DNA of 64,000 nucleotides, from NCBI RefSeq assembly GCF_006345805.1, contig NW_021824831.1, positions 1,626 through 65,625 on the forward strand, written 5' to 3'. Shown in pieces: positions 23,949 through 34,430 of this stretch (position 1 is the first letter of the stretch; the number at the start of each line of letters is the position of its first letter). This stretch comes from Octopus sinensis (Eukaryota). The notes beneath the pieces are model-generated. The model was given only the letters and a program-made list of their open reading frames with translations. It did no database searches and was not told where the DNA came from. The translations under genes were made by a program, and so were the position numbers.

Positions 23949-25349
23949 GGTACTGTTGCATTTCATCCTGCACGAAAATAGCCTCTAAATGAATTAATGC
24001 AAATTTTTATGAATATTAAATCGAAAATTTAAATAATTGAACTATGCCGAATTTGTAAATTTTATTCTAATTTTTTTTTAAAAAAATTTAAATTTTGTAC
24101 CGGCTTGTGGAGATGAATGATACAGTTGTCATGCGAAAATTTGCAAATCTGAAGGACTATGAACTTCCCCGTACTGAAATGGAGTCAGTTGCCTTCCTTC
24201 AAGAGGTTGGAATCTTTCCCAAAGAAAAAAAATGTCAAAACAGACATTTTATGACCCTTCTCCAACAGCAGGAGAATACAACATGGGTGTGCTATAAAAG
24301 TGGGTGTCGAACATATAGTTCTATTAGAAACGGTAATAAGAGAGTACTTTATTTTTAGGTACGTGGCTCGAAGGCACGAAAGTGACCTTACAGTCATGTA
24401 TTCGCTTTATGTACATGTGGAGTTTCGACAGACACAGTATTTTATGGTGTCGCCGTCAACTGGAATGGAGCGGCCATACAATTGGTAATTGGTCTCACTC
24501 CCTGCGAGAGGTTTGCGCATATTATTTAGCAAATCGTCCGAACACACTGATTGGTATTAGTGTTCCATTAGGTTGTTAGGTGGTATTGGCAAAGTTGTCC
24601 AAGTTGACGAATGCATGTTTTCTAAACGGGAAAACAATGCAGGACGGATTCTCCCTCAACAATGGGTGTTTGGGGGAATCTGTCGTGGAAGTAAAGACTG
24701 TTTCATCAAGATGGTTCCAGATCGCTCCAAAAGAACTCTAACCGCCGCAATACAGGAAAATATCGCACCGGGATCAGTGATACACACTGACAAATGGAAG
24801 GGTAATTCTACTTTATTCTTGCTAATAGGTTATTCACGCCAGATCTCAATGCTCTTGCTTATGTGCATAAGAGACAAAGGGGGACCCCGCGTCACTTCAT
24901 GGGTGCATATTTTGCAGGTATTAAATACTCCTAATACATTTATAGAATTTTTATGGAGAAGGCAAGTGAGCCATTTAGACAACTCCTTCGATGAGCTAAT
25001 AGATGCCATCGTCAAATTTTGTCCGCCGAATATCACGCCTCGTACTACCAGCTGACCTTTTTTATTGTAATAAAGATTTTTTCACTGAGGGAATGATGAT
25101 AAGCATCTTTATTAACGAACAACTGTGTCTTTTTAGACAGGTGGTCGTTAATAGCTCAGATTTAATTTTGTCGGTATTGTTTTGACACCACTAAGTCGGT
25201 AAAAAATTCAAATTTTTAAAAAAAAAATTAGAATAAAATTTACATAATCGGCATAGTTCAATTATTTAAATTTTCGATCTAATATTCATAAAAATTTGCA
25301 TTAATTCATTTAGAGACTATTTTCGTGCAGGATGAAATGCAACAGTACC
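23949..25349 (+). mobile_element. Merlin (IS1595/ISXO2-like) DNA transposon with an intron-containing transposase
   Basis: About 160-bp TIRs starting GGTACTGTTGCATTTCATCC; 8-bp TSD GTTTAATT (23941-23948, 25350-25357). Spliced protein: SIRNG|TWLEG...LIG|GIGKVVQVDECMFSKR...QQWVFGG...IHTDKWKG|Y...YFA|EFLWRR. Internal deletion and frameshift near 24840-24870. Confidence 0.92.
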
Positions 25350-25974
25350 GTTTAATTAAATAAAATTTGATTTAACCTCAGAAAATGTCATTTTAACCTA
25401 GAACTCTTTCTGATTTAGTTCATAGACCCGGAATTTAGTTCAGTTCAGAGTTCTGACACATCATAATAAACAAAAGTTAAAGTGAAATTTTTAATTCGCA
25501 ACATTTACTGCCTTTAACCTTCTTTGTTTCTATTAATTTAAGGCATTCGTCTTTAAAAATTTTATTCCATTTCTCACGACAGGATACTTTTAACTTCATT
25601 ATATTTCTCGGTCTTCGTTTTTCTTCCTTTATTTTGAGGTTTTCCACAAGTTCTAAATTGGGGTTAAATCAGTTTTTGAGCGGACCCAGTTTTTAAATGG
25701 AGCACCAAAAAATTGCATAAATCATTTTATTTTATCTAGAAAATAGTTATAATATAAATTAAACCATGGTTAAATATTTTCTAAAACTGTTTCTGATTTT
25801 ATCTTATCTCTCAAAACCAGCAAAACCTATTACAATGCTTTTTAAGTTTTAAAATAATGTTATTCAAATTGTGTCTAAAAAATTTGAAAACATTCGATTT
25901 TTTATTTAATATTTTTGAAATTAATGTTTTAATTAAATTCTAAAAATCAAATCTTGAAAGAACTGGTGGCCTAC

Positions 25975-26400
25975 GGCCGCGACATGCACCTCTGCTTCTC
26001 CCCGCACGCAGACAACCTCCTTAGCAAACGAAAAAAATTGAACATCCTCAGAACTCTATCCGGCTTATGGAAAAACGAGTCACACCCAGTACTGGTGAAT
26101 ATCTACCGCCAATACTTCGAACCATCAATTGCCTACGCCTGCGGATCATGGGGTCGGCGTTTATTGTGGTCCAACAGGAGGCGAATCGAAGAGGCATAAC
26201 AAAGGGCCCTCAGATTAACCGATCGTTGGTCGCACGATAACGAACGCTTCTCTGGAAGACCTTATCAAGCTGAATCTCGGTTCGTTAGCAAATGCCCCGT
26301 CAAAACGGCCTGCCGTCCGGTGCGATCTTGTGTGGGCTCTTAAAAAGATCACCGAGAGAAGATGAGGTCCCTGGTTGAGTGCATCGGGATCACGTGACTT
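25975..26400 (+). mobile_element. Jockey/I-group LINE C-terminal remnant
   Basis: KKLNILRTLSGLWKNESHPVLVNIYRQYFEPSIAYACGSW resembles the post-RT thumb region. Confidence 0.6.
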
Positions 26401-26573
26401 TTGTTTGATTTTTATTGTGGTCTTGGCGGTTTAATCTTAATAATAAAATCGTATGGTGTGTGTCTGTCTGTCTGTGTGTCTGTCTGTCTGTGCACACCCA
26501 CATTCAAATTGTTACAAACCAGATCAAATTGTCAAAACCTTCCCTTTTGTAGTTATTCGATAATGAGGCACAA

Positions 26574-26979
26574 GTTCGGCAAGTCTGCTTTCCCGTTTGA
26601 GTTCGGCAAGTCTCTGTTATGGGATGCGACGTGTTCAGACACTTTCTCGGAGCTCAACCTTCCTTCTTCAGCTGTCGAGCCTGGCTCAGTCTCTCGCAAA
26701 ACCGAGAAGATGAAGATTGGAAAGTACAAGGAGCTCTCTGAACGGTATCTGTTCACTCCCATCGCCGTCGAGACTTCCGGCGTCATCGGCGAAAAGTCTC
26801 TTTCCTTTCTAAAAAAGCTTGGCCGCATGATCTCCCATAAACGGGGAGACCCACGCGAGTCCAAGTGGCTTTTCGAAAGGATTTCCTTGGCCATAGTACG
26901 TGGAAACTGTGTTTCCATTTACGATGCCGGGATTTAGTTAGTTAATAACTATTTGTTATTACATATAAAAAAAAAAAAA
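26574..26979 (+). mobile_element. 5'-truncated CRE-type non-LTR retrotransposon (endonuclease tail) inserted in the Helitron
   Basis: GKSLLWDATCSDT...KIGKYKEL...PIAVETSG...LFERISLAIVRGN*, 13-nt poly(A) at 26967-26979, 12-bp TSD AATGAGGCACAA (26562-26573, 26978-26989). Confidence 0.88.
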
Positions 26980-27039
26980 TGAGGCACAATAAAAGGTTGA
27001 TATCCTCTAAGAACCTTCCTGTCAAAAAATTTTAATAAG

Positions 27040-30000
27040 AAAGAATATCCTCGATGATGAGGTCCCCCAAAACCTTCAAGTCAATTTTCTGCGTTTTTGT
27101 TAAAATGAACAACAAGAAAGTCCTCGACTCACATGATGTGGTCCCCCAAAACCTTCAAGCCAAAAAAATTAAAAAAAATTATTTTCTGCGTTTTTGTTAA
27201 AATGAACAAGAAAGTCCTCGACTCACATGATGTGGTCCCCCAAAACCTTCAAGCCAAAAAATTAAAAAAAATTATTTTCTGCGTTTTTGTTAAAATGAAC
27301 AACAAGAAAGTCCTCGACTCACATGATGTGGTCCCCCAAAACCTTCAAGCCAAAAAATTAAAAAAAATTATTTTCTGCGTTTTTGTTAAAATGAACAACA
27401 AGAAAGTCCTCGACTCACATGATGTGGTCCCCCAAAACCTTCAAGCCAAAAAATTAAAAAAATTATTTTCTGCGTTTTTGTTAAAATGAACAACAAGAAA
27501 GTCCTCGACTCACATGATGTGGTCCCCCAAAACCTTCAAGCCAAAAAATTAAAAAAATTATTTTCTGCGTTTTTGTTAAAATGAACAACAAGAAAGTCCT
27601 CGACTCACATGATGTGGTCCCCCAAAACCTTCAAGCCAAAAAATTAAAAAAATTATTTTCTGCGTTTTTGTTAAAATGAACAACAAGAAAGTCCTCGACT
27701 CACATGATGTGGTCCCCCAAAACCTTCAAGCCAAAAAATTAAAAAAAATTATTTTCTGCGTTTTTGTAAAAATGAACAACAAGAAAGTCCTCGACTCACA
27801 TGATGTGGTCCCCAAAACCTTCAAGCCAAAAAATTAAAAAAAATTATTTTCTGCGTTTTTGTTAAAATGAACAACAAGAAAGTCCTCGACTCACATGATG
27901 TGGTCCCCCAAAACCTTCAAGCCAAAAAATTAAAAAAATTATTTTCTGCGTTTTTGTTAAAATGAACAACAAGAAAGTCCTCGACTCACATGATGTGGTC
28001 CCCCAAAACCTTCAAGCCAAAAAATTAAAAAAATTATTTTGTGCGTTTTGTTAAAATGAACAACAAGAAAGTCCTCGACTCACATGATGTGGTCCCCCAA
28101 AACCTTCAAGCCAAAAAATTAAAAAAAATTATTTTCTGCGTTTTTGTTAAAATGAACAACAAGAAAGTCCTCGACTCACATGATGTGGTCCCCCAAAACC
28201 TTCAAGCCAAAAAATTAAAAAAAATTATTTTCTGCGTTTTTGTAAAATGAACAACAAGAAAGTCCTCGACTCACATGATGTGGTCCCCAAAACCTTCAAG
28301 CCAAAAAATTAAAAAAAATTATTTTCTGCGTTTTTGTTAAAATGAACAACAAGAAAGTCCTCGACTCACATGATGTGGTCCCCCAAAACTTCAAGCCAAA
28401 AAATTAAAAAAAAATATTTTCTGCGTTTTGTTAAAATGAACAACAAAAGTCCTCGACTCACATGATGTGGTCCCCCAAAACCTTCAAGCCAAAAAATTAA
28501 AAAAAATTATTTTCTGCGTTTTTGTTAAAATGAACAACAAGAAAGTCCTCGACTCACATGATGTGGTCCCCCAAAACCTTCAAGCCAAAAAATTAAAAAA
28601 ATTATTTTCTGCGTTTTTGTTAAAATGAACAACAAGAAAGTCCTCGACTCACATGATGGTGGTCCCCCAAAACCTTCAAGCAAAAAATTAAAAAAATATT
28701 TTCTGCGTTTTTGTTAAATGAACAACAAGAAAGTCCTCGACTCACATGATGTGGTCCCCCAAAACCTTCAAGCCAAAAAATTAAAAAAAATTATTTTCTG
28801 CGTTTTGTTAAAGTGAACAACAAGAAAGTCCTCGACTCACATGATGTGGTCCCCCAAAACCTTCAAGCCAAAAAATTAAAAAAAATTATTTTCTGCGTTT
28901 TTGTTAAAATGAACAACAAGAAAGTCCTCGACTCACATGATGTGTGTCCCCCAAAACTTCAAGCCAAAAAATTAAAAAAAATTATTTTCTGCGTTTTTGT
29001 AAAAATGAACAACAAGAAAGTCCTCGACTCACATGATGTGGTCCCCAAAACCTTCAAGCCAAAAAATTAAAAAAAAATATTTTCTGCGTTTGTTTAAAAT
29101 GAACAACAAGAAAGTCCTCGACTCACATGATGTGGTCCCCCAAAACCTTCAAGCCAAAAAATTAAAAAAAATTATTTTCTGCGTTTTTGTTAAAATGAAC
29201 AACAAGAAAGTCCTCGACTCACATGATGTGGTCCCCCAAAACCTTCAAGCTAAAAAATTAAAAAAATTATTTTCTGCGTTTTTGTTAAAATGAACAACAA
29301 GAAAGTCCTCGACTCACATGATGTGGTCCCCCAAAACTTCAAGCCAAAAATTAAAAAAATTATTTTCTGCGTTTTTGTTAAAATGAACAACAAGAAAGTC
29401 CTCGACTCACATGATGTGGTCCCCAAAACCTTCAAGCTAAAAAATTAAAAAAATTATTTTCTGCGTTTTTGTTAAAATGAACAACAAGAAAGTCCTCGAC
29501 TCACATGATGTGGTCCCCCAAAATCTTCAAGGTAAAAAATTAAAAAAATATTTTCTGCGTTTTGTTAAAATGAACAACAAGAAGTCCTCGACTCACATGA
29601 TGTGGTCCCCCAAAACCTTCAAGGTAAAAAATTAAAAAAATTATTTTCTGCGTTTTTGTTAAAATGAACAACAAGAAAGTCCTCGACTCACATGATGTGG
29701 TCCCCCAAAACTTTAAAGCCAAAAAATTAAAAAAATTATTTTCTGCGTTTTTGTTAAAATAAACAACAAGAAAGTCCTCGACTCACATGATGTGGTCCCC
29801 CAAAACCTTCAAGCCAAAAAATTAAAAAAATTATTTTCTGCGTTTTTGTTAAAATGAACAACAAGAAAGTCCTCGACTCACATGATGTGGTCCCTCAAAA
29901 CCTTCAAGCCAAAAAATTAAAAAAATTATTTTCTGCGTTTTTGTTAAAATGAACAACAAGAAAGTCCTCGACTCACATGATGTGGTCCCTCAAAACCTTC

Positions 30001-30290
30001 AAGCCAAAAAATAAAAAAAATTATTTTCTGCGTTTTTGTTAAAATGAACAACAAGAAAGTCCTCGACTCACATGATGTGGTCCCTCAAAACCTTCAAGCA
30101 AAAAAATTAAAAAAAATTATTTTCTGCGTTTTTGTAAAATGAACAACAAGAAAGTCCTCGACTCACATGATGTGGTCCCCCAAAACCTTCAAGCCCAAAA
30201 ATTAAAAAAAAATATTTTCTGCGTTTTAGTTAAAATGAACGACAAGAAGTCCTCGACTCACATGATGAGGTTCCCCACAACCTTCAAGCC
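27040..30290 (+). repeat. Tandem array of about 96-bp units, 34 copies plus a degenerate lead unit
   Basis: Unit AAAATGAACAACAAGAAAGTCCTCGACTCACATGATGTGGTCCCCCAAAACCTTCAAGCCAAAAAATTAAAAAAAATTATTTTCTGCGTTTTTGTT. 34 GTCCTCGACTC cores counted from 27120 to 30249. Variation is mostly homopolymer length. Confidence 0.98.
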
Positions 30291-31011
30291 TCGTGAGGCC
30301 ATTAATTAGCTTAGCTATCTTTTTTCGATGACATAAATTCTTTTTTGTTAAATTTTCGTTAAAAAAATAAAATAAAAGCTCTAATTGTTATCGACCATGA
30401 ATAGACTGTGCAATTATCAGATTTTGAAAACCACTAAAAAGGAAAAAGCAAAAATTATTAGAGATTTACATAATTGATTCTTTTTAACTGCCGAAACTGA
30501 CAAATTCGATTATGCTACTGTTTAGATTTCTTAAAAGATAGAGGCAAATAAAATTTAAATTAGTCATGTAAATTTCAATTTGCCTATATTTAAATCTCCT
30601 TGATTTAACAGGCTTTAATTTTTTTCCTTATAATACTACAAAGATGAAGCTGATTATCATTTTCTTTACCGAAACAGACAAGTTCGATTATGCTAAAGTT
30701 TCAATTCCTTTAAACATAGAGGCAATTAAGTATAATGGCTTTGATTGGATAATACACTTTACATAAATTTCACTAAATAAATTTACGTAGAAAATTTAAT
30801 ATAAATTACTGATTCGCGTTTACAAAATCATAAGAATGTCCTATAAAGAGAGATCTGAGAATGTTAACAAACAAGAGAATATGAACCATATAACAAAAAA
30901 AGAGAAACGAGGGAAGATGTGCTTAAATGGTGAGGGAACTTAGACAACAGCTGAACAAGGTCAGGACTGCTGTTAGACTCAACTACGGGTAATAGAATTA
31001 TGCATTCTAGG

Positions 31012-31808
31012 TTAATTGTTTGGGATGAATGTACGATGGCTCATAAAGGCGCATTCAAGCAGTTGACCGAACATATAGAGATATCAAGAATTGTAGCGAC
31101 CATTTGTTTGGGGGAGCATTAGTTGTATTGGCAGGTGATTTTAGACAGACGCTGCCAATTATTCAAAGAGGGACGCCTGCGGATGAATTGAATGCCTGCC
31201 TCAAATCGTCATATTTGTGGACACACGTGAAAAAGGTAAGCTTAGATGTAAATGTACATGCACATTTACAAGGCGTTAATAGCATATTCCCACAAATCCT
31301 TCTAGATATTGGAAATGGGGCAATCACTTCAGAAATGCACGACCAGAAAATTAGGCTACCGGAAGAATTATGTATTTTCGTAGAAACAGCAGAAGAATTA
31401 TTGAATGCCGTCTATTCCGAACTATCTGAACACTACGTGAATTTCGACTGGCTGCGTGAACGAGCTATATTAGCTTCACTTAATGATGAGGTACTTAATA
31501 TAAATTTAGATTTATTAATGAAAATCCCTGGCAGAGAAAGAATATATAAATCGGTCGACGTTATTATGGACCATGAAAGGGCCTGCGATAGATTTAAGAG
31601 ACTACAATTTCCGCTGAAGATAAGTTTTGCTATGACAATAAACAAGGCCCAGGGACAGTCTTTAAAGGTAGTAGGCTTATTTTTAGAGAACGAGTGCTTT
31701 TCACATGGCCAGCTGTATGTGGGGTGCTCAAGGGTAGGTAGAAGAGAAATTTATTTATATTTGCCAAGGATGGACGGACTGCAAACATCGTTTATCCACA
31801 GGCCTTAG
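31012..31808 (+). pseudogene. Helitron PIF1-family helicase remnant, copy 1
   Basis: [68 protein letters not shown]. Frameshifted at the start and missing the segment normally between the YKSVD and QFP motifs. Confidence 0.92.
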
Positions 31809-32159
31809 AATAAGGTTATATCAAAGCAGGTCGCATTTATATATCTACATAAATTTATAGTTATTTAAGGAAACTGCGAGCGTAGCGAGCAGGGCCTCCG
31901 CAGGAGCTAGCTCGCAGTGAGCGAAGCGAACTGCTGAGCTAGTTTAATATAAATTACTGATTCGCGTTTACAAAATCATAAGAATGTCCTATAAAGAGAG
32001 ATCTGAGAATGTTAACAAACAAGAGAATATGAACCATATAACAAAAAAAGAGAAACGAGGGAAGATGTGCTTAAATGGTGAGGGAACTTAGACAACAGCT
32101 GAACAAGGTCAGGACTGCTGTTAGACTCAACTACGGGTAATAGAATTATGCATTCTAGG

Positions 32160-32956
32160 TTAATTGTTTGGGATGAATGTACGATGGCTCATAAAGGCGC
32201 ATTCAAGCAGTTGACCGAACATATAGAGATATCAAGAATTGTAGCGACCATTTGTTTGGGGGAGCATTAGTTGTATTGGCAGGTGATTTTAGACAGACGC
32301 TGCCAATTATTCAAAGAGGGACGCCTGCGGATGAATTGAATGCCTGCCTCAAATCGTCATATTTGTGGACACACGTGAAAAAGGTAAGCTTAGATGTAAA
32401 TGTACATGCACATTTACAAGGCGTTAATAGCATATTCCCACAAATCCTTCCAGATATTGGAAATGGGGCAATCACTTCAGAAATGCACGACCAGAAAATT
32501 AGGCTACCGGAAGAATTATGTATTTTCGTAGAAACAGCAGAAGAATTATTGAATGCCGTCTATTCCGAACTATCTGAACACTACGTGAATTTCGACTGGC
32601 TGCGTGAACGAGCTATATTAGCTCCACTTAATGATGAGGTACTTAATATAAATTTAGATTTATTAATGAAAATCCCTGGCAGAGAAAGAATATATAAATC
32701 GGTCGACGTTATTATGGACCATGAAAGGGCCTGCGATAGATTTAAGAGACTACAATTTCCGCTGAAGATAAGTTTTGCTATGACAATAAACAAGGCCCAG
32801 GGACAGTCTTTAAAGGTAGTAGGCTTATTTTTAGAGAACGAGTGCTTTTCACATGGCCAGCTGTATGTGGGGTGCTCAAGGGTAGGTAGAAGAGAAATTT
32901 ATTTATATTTGCCAAGGATGGACGGACTGCAAACATCGTTTATCCACAGGCCTTAG
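32160..32956 (+). pseudogene. Helitron PIF1-family helicase remnant, copy 2 (tandem duplicate)
   Basis: Same ORF offset by exactly 1148 bp; two amino-acid differences seen (ILLD/ILPD, ILASL/ILAPL). Confidence 0.92.
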
Positions 32957-33334
32957 AATAAGGTTATATCAAAGCAGGTCGCATTTATATATCTACATAA
33001 ATTTATAGTTATTTAAGGAAACTGCGAGCGTAGCGAGCAGGGCCTCCGCAGGAGCTAGCTCGCAGTGAGCGAAGCGAACTGCTGAGCTAGTAATAAATAA
33101 ATAAAATCTTCAAAGAACTGGTCAATGAGGAACTTTCCTAACCAAGAAGGGTTTGATTTAAAAATTTAACTAGTCCTCAATGTGGCCTACGGCCGCGGCA
33201 TTTGTTCCCATAAAGAACTTTATAAACTTACGTAAACTTTTTTATTCTAGAAATATTTAAAAATTCAATTGCTTCTGATGTTTTATGATATGATTTAAAT
33301 TTTATAGGAGAAAAGCCAAAACTTTGATTTTAAA

Positions 33335-33580
33335 ACAACTTTAGTTCTAACTTAAATTCAAATCCAAACCCTAACCATATTTTTACCCTAAACTCTAACA
33401 TCAATCTGAACCTTATTGCTAACATCAAACAAACCCATTTTAAACCTTAACACAAAACCCATATTCTAACTCTAGTTCTAACCCTAGCTGTAAATCTAAT
33501 CCATACACCATCACTAGTTCTAACTTTATTATGATCCCGACCTTGACACAAATCCTTCTCCTAACGTAAACTCCAGCTGA
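33335..33580. repeat. Degenerate hexamer-periodic tract resembling decayed (CCCTAA)n
   Basis: AACCCTAACC, CCTAAACTCTAAC, TTCTAACTCTAGTTCTAACCCTAG with roughly 6-bp periodicity. Confidence 0.5.
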
Positions 33581-33699
33581 TTATTATAAAATTTTATATG
33601 AATGACAGTAAAATAAAAGAAAATCTTTGATTTTTTTATTCGTGATTTTGAAAAAAAAGAACAAAATGTAAATAGATCCCTTCAGTAAATAGCCAAAAC

Positions 33700-34430
33700 C
33701 TTCCAAACTTTTTCCAGAGATTTGTTTAATTATCTCGAGGAGGATTCACAACAGTCGTGAAACGAGCAGACTTTTTGACGGATATTACTTGCAATATTAC
33801 ATGGAAATTGCATGTCCATCCCCTCGGTAGTAGCTGTTGTTGTTCATGAACGTCCTCTGAAAGCCGATTTTTCATCTTTGTAATATGATTCCATTGGCTA
33901 GTAGCATAAGCATCTGAATCTAGTCTTAGTATGTGCCCGAATAGGCGTCAGCGAGCTTTGGTAATGTCTATAGTGACGGATCTACCGTTACAAATATAGT
34001 ATAGAGTAGAGTTTTTGATTTTCTTTCGTCAGTTGATTCCGAGAAAGTCTTAACTGTCTTCTGTGGAACGCATCAAGGGATTTTAATTCAACCTCAAATG
34101 CCCCTCATTTTCCTCCAATGTACAAAATTATAGGCTTAACAGAAGCATTGTATAACTTGGCACTTAAGGCTGTTCCAACCTTTCGGTTTCATAGCCATGT
34201 GGTGCGGAGATCTTTAAGTGCAACGGTCGGCCGCATTTTTCTCCTCATAATGTCTTCGCTATCTCCTAGGAGTGTTCTAACTTTTTTCGAGTTTTGCCAT
34301 TTTTTTGTCTGTTCTGTTTGCCACCTGGTTGATTGTTACATACTCAGTTTTTCCATGTTCACTTTAAAGAACCATTTTTCAAGTGGATTACGAGAAATGT
34401 TTAGCAGTTATTTGAGTGTCATCTTTTTTA
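33700..34430 (-). mobile_element. RTE-like LINE 3' remnant
   Basis: VKPIILY...LDAFHRRQLR and RLFGHILRL on the minus strand, with stops. Confidence 0.7.

Larger units (their letters stand above)
26435..33090 (+). mobile_element. Non-autonomous Helitron with microsatellite, internal tandem array, PIF1 remnant and duplicated 3' end
   Basis: A|TC 5' end at 26435, (TGTC)n, 96-bp array, helicase fragments, GC-rich hairpin and CTAG|T ends at 31942 and 33090. Confidence 0.9.

Noticed and set aside
24095-25055. Bacterial IS1595 or contamination
   Set aside because: The transposase has four spliceosomal introns of host size and is contiguous with eukaryotic repeats; it is a Merlin element.
27133-29293. 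ORFs encoding a repeated 32-aa peptide (MNNKKVLDSHDVVPQNLQAKKLKKIIFCVFVK)
   Set aside because: A by-product of a 96-bp unit with one stop-free frame. The frame is broken repeatedly by homopolymer length changes and shows no sign of coding constraint.
27040-30290. CRISPR-like appearance (regular repeats beside a helicase)
   Set aside because: Units are contiguous and essentially identical with no unique spacers. The helicase is a Helitron PIF1 remnant, there are no cas genes, and the context is eukaryotic.
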